Below, in pieces: positions 26,021-38,952 of a stretch of DNA of 64,000 bases (position 1 is the first letter of the stretch; every line of letters begins with the position of its first letter). The stretch is taken from the NCBI RefSeq assembly GCF_030144855.1, contig NC_082709.1:161014001-161078000 (forward strand). The letters are read 5' to 3'. Source of the stretch: Hypanus sabinus (lineage: Eukaryota). The notes beneath the pieces are model-generated. The model ran no database searches. It was given only the letters and a program-made list of their open reading frames with translations, and had not been told where the DNA came from. The position numbers were made by a program, and so were the translations under genes.

Positions 26021-26912
26021 ATAACAACCTTTTATTTAAAAGTAAGAATACAAACCGCAAATAGTGGAACCCTGATTATTTCACTGGAAAGAAGATAGAA
26101 GGGTAGCAGCAAGGTGCTTTAGTAATGGCTGAAAAGTAATGTAGATTTCTTTCACTAATTAACAATAATCAGCTCGTGGCGTAAACACGTTTTGATTGTG
26201 CTTCCACATTACGATCGTTGTTAACTTATGGATATTGTCATTTCAAGTGAATAAACACAAAATGATATTCATTATGCACCATTCTCTGATAAATGCATGT
26301 AAGCACATATATATTCTCTATAGCAAGGCAAGTAATGAGAGAAGAAATAGCTCAAGATTTCCATTTAAAAAATAATAAAAATATAAAGATACAGAAAAAT
26401 TCAACAATTAATTCAATGGAATTGGTTACACGAAGCAAGTCCCTTTCCGTCCTCAGCACTGTGTTCAAAAGTCGTATCATTAGAGCTGTAGATTTTCTAT
26501 GTAGAAAAAGTTTTAACATCTTAAAGCACTTGTCCCCATCTACAGGTCTAAAAATGCAACTGCTAGAATTTCTCAACATCAAAAAACTTGTTAAACCTAG
26601 AAAAACTTTGCAAGAAATGGATAAAAAATTACACTGTAATCCATACCAACTAAAGTCTGAACAGTATTTGACAAGTTTCACACATTGCATTTGAAACATA
26701 ATCTTAAGTACTGTTGTGCACACAGTGAATTATCGAATTGACTGTATTGCATCAAAACGTGGTGTTTTATAAAATAAATTGTCTAATTTAGCACCAGTCA
26801 AAACAAACAATTGTAGCTCTCTAAAGGATTCATTGCAAACTTCTTTATATTGCATATAAATACCACTGCTATATTCCATTTCTAATGCTTGTTCTGCAAA
26901 TCTTTCCTACAG

Positions 26913-27032
26913 GTTGCACAAGAGAATATGGTACGACACCCAATTCCAACTCGGATTCCTAAACCAAGATCCAGTTCAATAAAGTTCAAGATGCCTGAAA
27001 GACCCATTTCCAAATCTGAGCTGCAGTCATAA
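26913..27032 (+). CDS. Candidate orphan terminal exon VAQENMVRHPIPTRIPKPRSSSIKFKMPERPISKSELQS*
   Basis: Branch-like ctaat at 26882, acceptor tctttcctacag, 39 open codons then TAA; AATAAA near 27588; no upstream exons identified. Confidence 0.3.
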   Translation, partial: VAQENMVRHPIPTRIPKPRSSSIKFKMPERPISKSELQS

Positions 27033-28759
27033 GTATAACCTGTATGAAAACAGGCAAAAAGTGGTACCTCCAATTTCTGTAATCTAGTTTTGGAAAAATG
27101 TAACATATTTTATCTCGCATAGAATGTGCAAACAACTATTACCAATAGGCTGCAGGGTTATTTGTGTTCAGTTAAACCTGCACAAATGTGAATTGTTGAC
27201 CATTTTCCACAACCTGTGTAGAAAATGGCTGCAAAAATCCATCACAAGCCTGAAAAATCAACTTGATAAATGATGTTAAGAGGTGATTGCCTCACAGAGA
27301 ATTAAGATTAAAAGAAGTTATCTGTTAATCTTTTATGGTTATGCTAAGTTTCAGACAAGCTCCTAAAATGATAAGTTTCCAGCTGAATTCTCTGCCTAGC
27401 TGAATATTAAATGTCAATATTCTTGCTGTCAAGAATTGAACCATCTTTGTTGAGAAACTGTTCCTACAAAAGGATGTGGCAACAAGACCAACAGAGGAAT
27501 TCTCTGCATCGTTGACCACTTCATTCCAGTTCAAGTGTAAATTTATAAAATATTTCTACATAAACTCAAGCATGATCTTACAACTTGAATAAAGGCACTC
27601 TCTTTGTAACAGCACAGAAGACTATCACAAGCTGTTAATGTTACTAGAGAGAGATCACTTGCTTTAGAGAGGAAGATTTTCAAAAAGATTCTTGTGAAAA
27701 AGAGGGATCAATTCAATTTAAGCATTAAGAACCAGATTAAAATGCACCGAACTGTTCAAATGGAAAATATAACTACCATAAGTAATGGATGCACTAAAAC
27801 ATTGTGGGAGGAATTGAATAGTTAAATATTGAATAAGGCTCCAAAAACTAAATGCAGATTATGCCAAACTGAAATATAGCTCAATTTGCGTCTATTGGTT
27901 TGCTTGAACAATTATGGTGTACGTTAAAAAGTTGCAAATGTGTCACATTCACAATGCACTTTATACCCGTTAGATACCTACCTAGTCAGAATTTCATTTT
28001 ACATGCAAACTATATGCATACATTTTCAATGAGGTAATTTTTCCATTTCTTACAGCTCCTTATATATTAGGTTCAATTCTACTCCCAGTTATTTTATGAT
28101 GTCCACTTCTTTTAATGAAAGTGCAATATTTTATTATCATTTCCAAGGAAAACTGATTTATACTTAACTGATGGATAGACATTGGGTAGGTCAACATACA
28201 AGGTATACAATTACTCTATCAACCACCACAAAAGTATCAATCACTCGTGCTCCTGTTTCTCCATAACAGATCATTTGGGGCACAGAAGTCAACATGGAGA
28301 TAATGACACCTTTTTGGTAACCACAAGCTCCACTTGAGGTGGTAACTAATGATATCACATCTATCCATGTTTATCCTGAAGGAATAAATCAGAAAATGCG
28401 AAATACAGCTGTAATGAATTCTCAGATTAACCTTTCTCTACACCTTCTGCAGTTATGGTCCACTGGCTCAAATAATATCACAAAAAGTATTGCAAAAAAA
28501 AGACATCAAAGTCCAGAATTGAAAGTGATAAGATTCCTTAGCTTCCACACAAATAAATTCTATCACTCTACTTCATGCTGGGAAAATAATTCCTCAGTTC
28601 CTATGGCATTGGATTGGAGCCCATTCAACTGATTAGGGATTCTAAAGCTGAAGATTAGAAAAGAAGTTTTTTTTTAAACCAATGGTGCTTTAATGTTTTT
28701 AATCATTTCGTAGTGTATTCATGTGCTTAATTAATTCATTTACAAATAGTATTAAGAAT

Positions 28760-30000
28760 TATAGAACACAGAAGAGTACAGCACAGGAATATAGACTATG
28801 TCCCACAATGTCTGTGCCAACTATGATGCAAAGTGAAACTATTCACATGTGAATGCACGATTCACAACCCTCCATTTCCTTCATGCTTTTGTGCCTGTCT
28901 AAATACCTCTTAAACACCACTGTTGTATTTGCTCCCACCAACACTCCAGCAGAATGTTTCAAGGCCCTACCTGTCTCTGTATTAAAATAAACTTGTCCCA
29001 TATATCTCCTTTTATCTTTCCTCCTATTACCTTAAATGTATATCCTCCAGTATCAGACATTTCAATCTGGGAAAGTGGCTTGACTCTAGCTAGCCTATCT
29101 TTGTCTCTCCTCATTTTATGAACATCAGTCAGATTTCCCCTCAGCCTCTAACACTGCAGAGAAACTTCTCCTTTAATCTCTACTCTCTAATCCAGGCAAG
29201 ATCTTTGTGAACCTCCTCTGCACCCTCTCCAAAACCTTCACATTTTTCCTACAATGAAGTCACTGCCCCAAACACAGCCTAACCAATGTCCTATGCAGCT
29301 GCAACATAACTTCCTGTCGCATACACTCACTGGCACGACTAATGAAAGAAAGCACGCCATATTCCTTCTTTACCACACATTACAAGTGCTGCAACTTTCA
29401 GGGAACTATAGACTTGAACCCCAAGACCCCTCTGTACATCCAGTTCTCTTTGTTTCCTCCCAAAGTGCCACACAGCATATGTGCCTGAATTCAGCTCCGT
29501 CTGCCATTTCTTCATGCTGTCTGCAGCTGATCTGTGACAACCTTCTTCACCACCAATATTTGTGTCATTTGCAAACTTGTGTCAGCCCATATATTTTATC
29601 CAAATCATATAAATAATGAAAATAACACAGATCCCTGTGGAACATTGCTTATCACAAAACTCCTGAAGAATAATATCACACTCCCACTGCCCCAAAACAG
29701 GAAATTTTACTGTGGTAAGACAGTGGTAATAAACCTGATTCTGATTCACTATACTCCGTTTCTATGGCCAGGTTAATTTTAAATTGATTCTACCAAGTGA
29801 TAGTGGATCTCATTCAGCTTAATTTTGTGCATCAGCCTGTCATGAGGGAGCTTGTAAAATGCCTTACGAAATTCCTTGAAGAAAACATCCACTGCCCTAC
29901 ACTTATCAATCATCTTCATAAATGCATCGTTTGTAAGGAATGACCAGTCGCTCACAAAGCTATGCTAGCTATCCCTAACAAAGCCCTGCTTTTTAAAATG
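28760..30000 (-). mobile_element. CR1 LINE fragment
   Basis: CR1 tail tagaacacagaagagtacagcacagg and RT remnants. Confidence 0.65.
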
Positions 30001-30574
30001 TGAGTTTTATTTGAAACACCTGAGTGTTAAAGTTATCAGCACAAGCAATCCTCTGCATCTGGCTCTGGCAGTACACAAAATTCGACACAATTCAGTCTGA
30101 TGCACTGCAACTACTTACAATACAGAATACAACACTACCACCTGCTGGCAAATGAACATTATTGCATTAACATTTCTCAAGTGCATCTGCAAAAGCAGTC
30201 TATCTGCCACATCAATCTTTTCTAAGGACTTCCATGTACAATGCACCATAACACCATAAGATATAGGAGCAGAATTAGGCCATTTGGCCCATTGAGTCTG
30301 CTCCGCCACTTCATGACTGAACCAATATTCCTCTCCAATGTTTGTGTCGACTGAGGTCCCAAATAAGTTTGGCAAATATGTTCCAAAACACTTCATATAA
30401 AATCATACAGCACAGACACTGGCCCTTCAACCAATCATGTCCATGTGGAGCACCTATCTAGGGTGCAGAGATATACCAGGATTAGAAAGCATGTATTATG
30501 ATAGGTTGAGCATGCTGAGGCTTTTTTCTTTGGAGACAGCTTGACAGAGGTGTACAAGAGAGTTGGAGGTATAC

Positions 30575-32210
30575 ATGAGAGAGGGGCTGACCAAAGTTGA
30601 TTGGAAGGGGACACTAGCAAGGATGATGGTAGAACCGCAAAGGCGGGAGTTTCAGAGGGTAACTCAGAAGGCACAGGATAAGTACATCCCTAAAATGAAT
30701 AAGTATTCTAAAGGAAAGATGAAGCAACCATTGGTGACAAGGGAAGTCAGAGATAGCATAAAAGCAAAAGAGAAGGTATATAATGTAGCAAGTATTAGTG
30801 GGCAGCTAGAGGATTGGGAAACTTTAAAAACAGAAGGCAACTAAAATAAACATAAGAAAGGATGAAATATGAAGGCAGTTAACCAAAAATATCAAAGAGA
30901 ATACTAGAAGTTTTTTTCCGATACATAAAGTGTGGAAAGAGAATGAGTGCAGATATCATTACGCTGGAAAATGATGCAGGAGAGGTAGTAACAGGAGACA
31001 AAGAAATGGCAAACAAACTTAAATATTTTGCATCAGTCTGCACTGTGGAAGAGACTACCAGTACGCCAAATATTTGAGAGTATCAGGGGAGAGAAGTCAG
31101 TGTCATTGCTATTATGAAAGAGAAAGTGCTTGGGAAGCCGAAAGGTCTGAAGGAAAATAAGTCACCCAAGGACTAAACCCAAGAGGTGCTAAAGAGATTG
31201 TGGAGGAATTAGTAATGATCTTTCAAGATCACTAGATTTTGGAATGGTTCTGGAAGACTGGAAAATTGAGTACGTCACTACTCTCTTCAAGAATGGAGGG
31301 AGGCAGAAAAAAGGAAATTATAGGCCAGTTAATTGAGATCCATTATTAAGGATGAGGTTTCAGGCTGCATGATAAAGTAGGCCACAGTCAGCATGGTTTC
31401 CTTCAGAGGAAATCTTGCCTAACAAATCTGTTGGAATTGAGGAAATAATAAAGAAAAGTCAGTGGATGTTGTTTAAATGGATTTGCAAAAAGCCTTTGGC
31501 AAGGTGCCACATATGAGGCTGCTTAACAAGATAAGAGCCCATGGTGTCGCAGGAAAGATAATAACACGTAGAGAAGATTGGCTGATTGGCGGGAGGCAAA
31601 AAGTCAGAATAAGGGGGGCCTATTCAGGTTGGCTGCCAGTGACAAGTGGTGTTCCGCAGGGCTTGGTATTGGGAAGCTTCTTTTCAAGTTATACATCAAC
31701 AATTTAAATGACATAATTGATGGCTCTGTGGCCAAGTTTACAGATGATGCAAAAGTAAGTGGAGGGGCAGGTAATATTGTGGAAGCAGAGAGTCTGCAGA
31801 AGGACTGAGACTGGGAGAATGGACACAGAAGTGGCAGATGTACACAAAAATATGAAGGATAGCTTGGGTAAATGCAAACAGGCTTTTTCCACTGAGGTTG
31901 GGTGGGATTACAAGTAGAGGTCGGGTGGGACTACAAGTAGAGGTCATGGATTAAGGATGAAAGATAAAATATTTAAGGAGAACAGGAGGGGTAAATTCTT
32001 CACTTAGATGGTGGTGAGAGTGCAGGATGAGCTACCAGCGCAAGTGATGGAGGTGGGTGGAATTTTAATATTTAAAAGAAATTTAGACAGGTACATGAAT
32101 GGGAGGAATATGGATGGCTATGGTCCAGGTGCAGCTCAATGGGATTAGGGAGATTAATAGTTCCCACATACTAGATGGGCCAAGGGGTCTGTTTCTGTGC
32201 TGTAGCATTA
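30575..32210 (+). mobile_element. CR1 LINE ORF2 fragment
   Basis: DLQKAFGKVPH, SGVPQGLVLG, KFTDDAK; 23-bp tandem duplication at 31898-31943. Confidence 0.85.
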
Positions 32211-32419
32211 TAAATTTGACATATTGGTCAGTTATACAATCTTTACCCTGAGGTCACCTCACACCTTCAATAAATGAAAATATCTTCATGTGTGATCGTA
32301 TTTCTTTAAGCCAATTCCAATCTTATAATATATACAAGCATTTTATATCAGTTTTCCAGAACATTTTCAAGATATTTTGATACTAGATTGGTATTCAAAT
32401 ATCAACTTTCAACCAAGAA

Positions 32420-33500
32420 ACAATGATTTCTTTCCAACCCTTTGGGACCATACCTGTGGCAAGAGAGGCCCCAGCAATCTCCTCTCCTGCCTCCCTCAAT
32501 CACCGGAGGATATCCACCTTCATGTTATTCAAGAGAGCCAACAACTCCATCTTCTTGATATCAACATACCCTAAAACATTAGCAAACTCCGCATTGGTCT
32601 CACTATCCTCCATGTCCTTCTCTTCAATGAATAAAAATGCTACATAATCAATTAGTACCTTGACCACTTCCTCAGGGTCCAGACATAATTTCCCTTCCAT
32701 GCTCCCCTCTAATCCTCCCTTCTCTCTAACTACCTCGTTTTAATGTATATAAAATGCCTGGAATTTTACTGAATCCTATTCACCAAGGTCATTTTGTTTT
32801 GCTCTCATGATTCATTGTTTGAGTTCTTTCTTGTTGTCTTTATATTCTTCAAGGGCCCTGTCTGATTTCACCTTCTGAAAGCTTACACATGCTTCCTTTT
32901 CCTTTTTAACTAAATTTGCCACATCTCCAAGATTCCTAATTCTTGCCATCCTTGTCCTTCTTCCTCATTGGAACATGCTAGTTCTGAGCTCTGACAATCT
33001 TGAATTTAAATGACTCCCACATGTCAGACATGGACTTGCCCAGTAACTGCTGCTCTCAATCGACTCTGCCTTGTAATGATGTAAATTGCTTTGTCCAAAA
33101 TTTAACACTGCCTCCCCCAACCTCCCACAAAGTTGGGATTTCTGTTCCCAAGTTCCTCTCCCACTGAAATTCTAAGCACCTGGCCGAGCTCACTTCCAAA
33201 TGCACAAGGTATTGTCTGGCCCTGTCACTGGTTAAGACAATTTATATACTGTTTTAAGAACGCCTCTTGGATGCAACTGTCAAATCTGACCCAGCTAATC
33301 CTCTTGCACTGAGGAGGACCATATTAAGAACATTTAAGTCACCTACTATGACAATCCTGTTGCTTTATCATCTTTCCATAATCTACCTACATATATCTCC
33401 CACTGGCTATTGGGAGCCACAGTACAATCCCAGAAATAGTGTTAGCACCTTTTACATTTCTGAGATCTGCCCATATGGCCTCAGTGGAGGACCCCTCCGG
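32420..33500 (-). mobile_element. CR1 LINE ORF2 (endonuclease/linker) fragment
   Basis: ORF 32500-32700 resembles the 36253-36825 CR1 segment. Confidence 0.65.
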
Positions 33501-33904
33501 CACGCCAATGTATTTCACATCTTCAGCAACTAGACGTTATGCTTCAAGCCGTTTCTTCACTCCTCTGTCATCCATCCTGTCTACGTCTCCTCCAGGTCAA
33601 TCAGCAGCCATTAACAAACCTTTGCCAACCTCACCCTGTCAGCACCACCATCACAAGTCTCATTTAGTCACCATGTTGCCTGCACTGCATCACTCTCATT
33701 CAGTTTGTTCTCTCTTCCAGTTTTCATTTTACAGTGCATTTGCTTAATAACTTTTCAAATGAGGAAATGTCAAACCTGAAACATCATCTTTTTTTTTCCT
33801 CAGCCTAGCATGCTGAAGATTTCCAGCAGTTTCTGATTTTGTTCTAAAAATTTAAGTGATTTATTGTTCAGGAATGCTCCCACTATATTTCCTTCATACA
33901 CTCT

Positions 33905-34515
33905 TCTCCACCCTACTCAGACCTTCTGTGTCTAGGAGCAGAAAGAACCCAGACTGTGGTCCTTCCCTACCGAGCCTTAGCATTGGCTGCACTGAGCTTC
34001 CGTGCACTCCACACTGCAAGCTTCTGCAGCTGGACTGTGCCAATCCACAGCATTCCCATACAGACTGTGCTGGAAGGCCAACAAGTTTCCAGCAGACCAA
34101 ACAGCATGTTTCTCCAAGTTGATGTCTTTCCAGTAGCACTTAATGCCTGTCTCGATGTGTGATCCTGGGACATCCCATAGACCAGGGAGTCCTCTGTTAA
34201 GCAACTGCTGGAGATGCATCAGGATACAGACCACAGCATCCTTCTTTACACCCTCTGAGCAAATTCACAGTCTGCAGAGTTGGGTGACCGTCTCTCTTCT
34301 ACCACAGCTATCTGAAGGGCAGCGTGCGCTGGGGGGAGATATGGGGAAGGATCTAACCGTGAGCGGCCCCTCTCACCAAGTGAGGTCTTGGTGCTTGTTG
34401 ATGAGATCTAGTGATGAGGCATTCTGCCAGATGGTTTGGACAATTTGTTCAGGGAATCACCCACCGTATCAATAGAATCCCTGTCATAGAGTGTCTGCAG
34501 GACTTTCTGTGCTGA
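33905..34515 (-). mobile_element. Tx1/L1-like LINE C-terminal fragment
   Basis: Minus strand WQNASSLDLINKHQDL and a degenerate zinc-knuckle region (C..RETVTQ..C). Confidence 0.55.
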
Positions 34516-34879
34516 CTATATCTTTTATTTCAAAAACAGGCTTTATTTGTGATTAAAAAAAAAACATAAAAATGAAGAAACAAGTGCAAAAAAAATCTAA
34601 CTTCTTTACACAAGAGTGCTTGGAGCAGGGGTGGCGAACTTTTTTGAGATTGTGTGCCTAAATTGCTAATAATCTAAGAAATTCTCTCTTGTGCCATGGT
34701 AATTTTGAGCAGAGATTATCATCGAATGATAAATTAGTAAAAATAATTATGGACTTCTAAGGAAAAAGTAATGAGTCCTTATTTATGTCTATTCAGTGTC
34801 TTACGAATAATGGAAGTACAACTGAGAAAGATTGAAATAAATGAAGTATTGTAGAAAAAGCTGATCAAAAGATCTTAAC

Positions 34880-37800
34880 GATGTAGAACAGCACAGCACA
34901 GGAACAGGCCATTCAGCCCGCAATGCTGTGCTGAACCAGCTAAAAAGATCAAAAGCACCCAAAACAATAATCCCTCCTACGTACACCATGTCCATATCCC
35001 TCCAACTTCTTTACATCCCATGTGCTTATACAAATGTCACTTAAAAGCCTCCAATGTATTCGCTTTACCACCATACCAGGCATCCACCACTCTCTGAGTA
35101 AGAAACTTTCCCCTCATATCCCCCTTGAGCGTACCCCCCTCACCTTCAATGCATCACCACTGGCATTAGACAATTCAACCCTGGGAAACAGATACTCTTT
35201 GTCCACTCTATCTCTGCCTCATAATCTGGTAAACTTCTATCAGATCTGTGCAACCAGAAATGCAAGCCATTCTCCAGATGAGGCCTAACCAGTTTTATAA
35301 AGTTGTAACATATCCTCCTGACTTTTGAACTCAATGCCTCGACTAATAACAGCAAGCATTCCATAAGCCTCGTTAACCACCTTATTGACCTGTGTAGCCA
35401 CTTTCAAGGAGCTATGAACTTGGAACCCAAGATCTCTCTGCTCAGCAACACTGTTAAGAAACTTGCCCTTCATAGTGTACTGTCAGCTTACGTTTACCCT
35501 ACCGAGGTGCAACACCTCACATGTATCTGTGTAAACTCCATCTGCCATTTCTTAGCCCATATCTACAAATGATCTATGTCGTGCTGTATTCTTTGCCAGT
35601 CTTCAACACTATCCACAACTCCACCACATTTTCATTTTCATCCAAGTCATTTATACACATTACAAACAGCAGAGGTCCCAGCACAGATCCCTGCAGAACT
35701 CCACTACTTACAGACCTCCAGCTCGAGTAAGTTCCTTCAACTATTACCCTGTCTTCTATATACAAGCCAGTTCTGATTCCAAACAGCCAATTCACCACAG
35801 ACCTGATGCACCTTAATCTTCTGGATTAGCCTCCCATGAGGGGTTTTGTCAAATGCCTTCCAAAAATCCATGTAGACAACATCCACTGGCCTACCTTCAT
35901 CAATCTCTCTCAGCAGCTTTTCAAAAAACTCAGTCAGGTTGGTACGGCACCAGCTGCCATGCAGAAAGCCATGCTGGTTTTCCCTAATTAGGCCATGGGT
36001 TCCCAAATGCTCATATATCCTATCCCTAAGAACTTTCTCCAGCAATTTCCTTGCAGCTGGTGTCAAACTCACAGGTCTATAGTTCCCAGGACTTTCCCTT
36101 GTTCCCTTCTTAAATAAAGTATTAGCCAGTCACCATCCTCCGGAACCTCACCAGTGGCTAAAAAAGACACGAAGATACTGGTCAAGGGTCCACCAATCTT
36201 GTCTCTTGCCTCTTTCAATAGCCTGAGGTAAATCCCATCAGGCCCCGGGGACTTATCCACTCATTAGGAGGGCCAACACCTCCTCCTCCTTGATCTCTAA
36301 GTGCTCTAACATATTTATACACTCAATACAGATCTCCTGGTTCTCCATATCATTTTCCTTGGTAAATATAAAAGCAAAGTACTCATCAAGTACCTCACAC
36401 ACATCCAAGCAAATGTTCCCCCCTTTATCGTTGAGTAGTCCCACTCTCTCCCCAGTTACCCTCTTACTCTTGATGTACACATGGAATGCCTTGGGATTCA
36501 TCCTAATCCTACTTGCCAAAGACTTCTCATGGCCATTCCTGGCTTTCCTAATTCCTTTCTTTAGTTTTTTATTGGCTTCTTTATACTCCTTGTGTGCTTT
36601 GCATGATCCTAACTTGTGAAGCTTTATGTATTTTTCCTTTTTCTTCTTGACTAAATTCATCACCTCTCTGGACAGCTTTCCATTCCCATCCTTGTTTCTA
36701 ACTGGAACACACTGTTCCTGTACTTGGTGCAAATGATCCTTAAACACCCTCCACATGTCTGATGTGGACTTGCCAGAAAATAGGTGTTCCCAAATTACAC
36801 TTCTTAGTTCCTGCCAAATGCTCATCCCTACTCCAATCTAAAATTATCTCACAAGGACCATACGTATCCTTATCAATGGAAATCGGAAAGTTGTGGTCAC
36901 TATTCCCCAACTGTTCACCCAGTGAAAGGTCAGTCACCTGGCCAGGCTCATTACCCCACACCAGGACCAGTATGGCCCCTCTTCTTGTTCGCCCATCCAC
37001 ATTTTGATTCCTGGATCCATTTAAGAAATCCTGCCCCTTCCAAACCCCTTACACTAAGAATATCCCCGTTTATACCAGGAAGTTGAAATCCACCATGAGA
37101 ACAACCCTATTATGTTTACGCATCTCCTTAATCTGATTATATATCTGTTCTGCAATGGCTTGTGGGGGGGCTGCAGTACAATCCCATCAATAGTAGTGCA
37201 AATCCCCCACCTCTTCTTCCTCCATCTTTTCTAAAATGTCAAAAACATGTTAATCACCCATTCCTGCTCCTCTCTCAACCAAGTTTCAGTACTTCCACGT
37301 ACATATCCATGCTTTAAGTTCATCACACTTAACCAAAATATCCCCAGCATTAAATAAACACATTTCAAACTGTTCAACCTATCATATGTTATTTCAATTT
37401 TGCCTTTCAATACTTTCCCTCACATCTACCTACAAGTCTGATCCTTACATTACTAACCTGGGGCTCTGGTTCCCAGCCCCTGCAAACTAGTTTAAACTCT
37501 CTTGAGTAGTGCCTGCTAATCTCCCAGCCAGGATATTGGTTTCTTCACCTCCCCGCCCCCCAAGTTCAGGTGCAAACTGTCCCTCTTGTACTGATCACCC
37601 CTTCCCCAGAAGAGGTTCCAATGATCCAACAACTTGAAACCCTGTCCCCTGCACCACCTCTGCAGCCACTCAGTTACCCATGCCATCAGCCCATTCCTCC
37701 CTGCATTAGTCCATGGCATGGGGAGTAATCCAGAGATCACTACTTGGAGGTCCTTCTACTTAGCCTCTTTCCTAAACTCTATGTACTCACTGCATAGGAC

Positions 37801-38160
37801 CTCTTCCCCATTTCTGCCTACGGTATTGGTGCCAACCTCCAGATGTTCCCCCGTTCCCCTTGAGGATATCCTGCAGCTGCTCTGAAACACCATGGACTCC
37901 AGCATCCGGGAAGGAACACATCATCTTGGTATCTCTTTCGCAGCCACAGAATCTCCTTTCAGTCCCCCTAACAATTGAGTCCTCCAATAACTACTGCACT
38001 TTACCCTTCCTCAGAGCCAGCTAGAGTGGCTCCAGACTGGCTGCTGCCATGATCTGATGGGTCATCCTCCCCAGGAGTATCCAAACAGGTATACTTGTTG
38101 CTGAGAGGAATGTCCACAGGAGAACCATGAACTGACTTCTTACTCCCCTTACCTCTTAAT
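34880..38160 (-). mobile_element. Long CR1 LINE (ORF1 esterase, endonuclease, RT, 3' tail), decayed
   Basis: ORF1 DSIVRGTERRFCG..DSLHLN (SGNH-type); ORF2 [44 protein letters not shown]. Confidence 0.9.
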
Positions 38161-38642
38161 ATTAAACTTTTAAAAATACGTCTGAAAAATAACATCATTT
38201 CTAAAAAGTATTGTTATTGCAATCATTTACTATCCAAATACTGATGCGTGAGTTGCTATAGCCGGAGGCAAGCGTGGACCAATTTGTTGCCGAAGGGCCT
38301 ATCTCCGTGTAGTATTACTCTAGCTAACTCAGCTGATTCAGAACAGATACATCCACGGTTATCCCGGTCTGCTTTACTGATTTTAACTAGCTAATACACC
38401 ACTCAACATGCCTTGTAATACTGGTAGAGCTGTTGTTGTTGGGGATTGCAAAACAAACCAAGTTTACAACGCAGTCTTCTGGTAAACAGATATTCACATG
38501 TAATTTCCTGTGCATGATATAAAAGCAGCGCTGAGACTCAGTTCCCCAAATACGACTATTTAACACACAAAGTTTGGGGTGGGGAGGTTACACGAAAAAC
38601 CTTTCAAAACACAGTTTTCTGGGAATGAGAACCCTCGCTTAC

Positions 38643-38952
38643 CTTGCCTCTAAATACAGTCACGCTCCGTCCCTCCGTCTGTGGGCAGCGTGGCTTCAAC
38701 TCCTGGTTTCGAAAGCACTTTCCACACGATGCGGACCGGACCTAATGGTATAAAATCCAGGTAGAGAGGTCAACGACAAAGCTGACGTCCGCAATGATGC
38801 CTCACTGTGTTTTAGATTTTTACTGAATCTGCAGTAAATTGTTTAGAATCTCTTTCATACCCTTCTATAGCACCACTGGTTGAAACTGCTGTGCTGAATA
38901 TGAAACTACTGATTTCCAGGGTAACCAGATGACGCCGGAAGTAGATAGCAAC
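38643..38952 (-). promoter_or_regulatory. Minus-strand promoter and non-coding first exon of an unidentified gene
   Basis: CpG-enriched; ETS site CCGGAAGT 38935-38942; CRE half-site; RFX X-box-like GTTACCCTGGAAAT (38912-38925, -); strong donor AAG|gtaagc at 38642; no ATG-initiated frame reaches the donor. Confidence 0.55.

Noticed and set aside
26293-26723. Overlapping ORFs of 133 and 123 aa
   Set aside because: AT-rich, no recognisable motifs or splice context; probably chance ORFs
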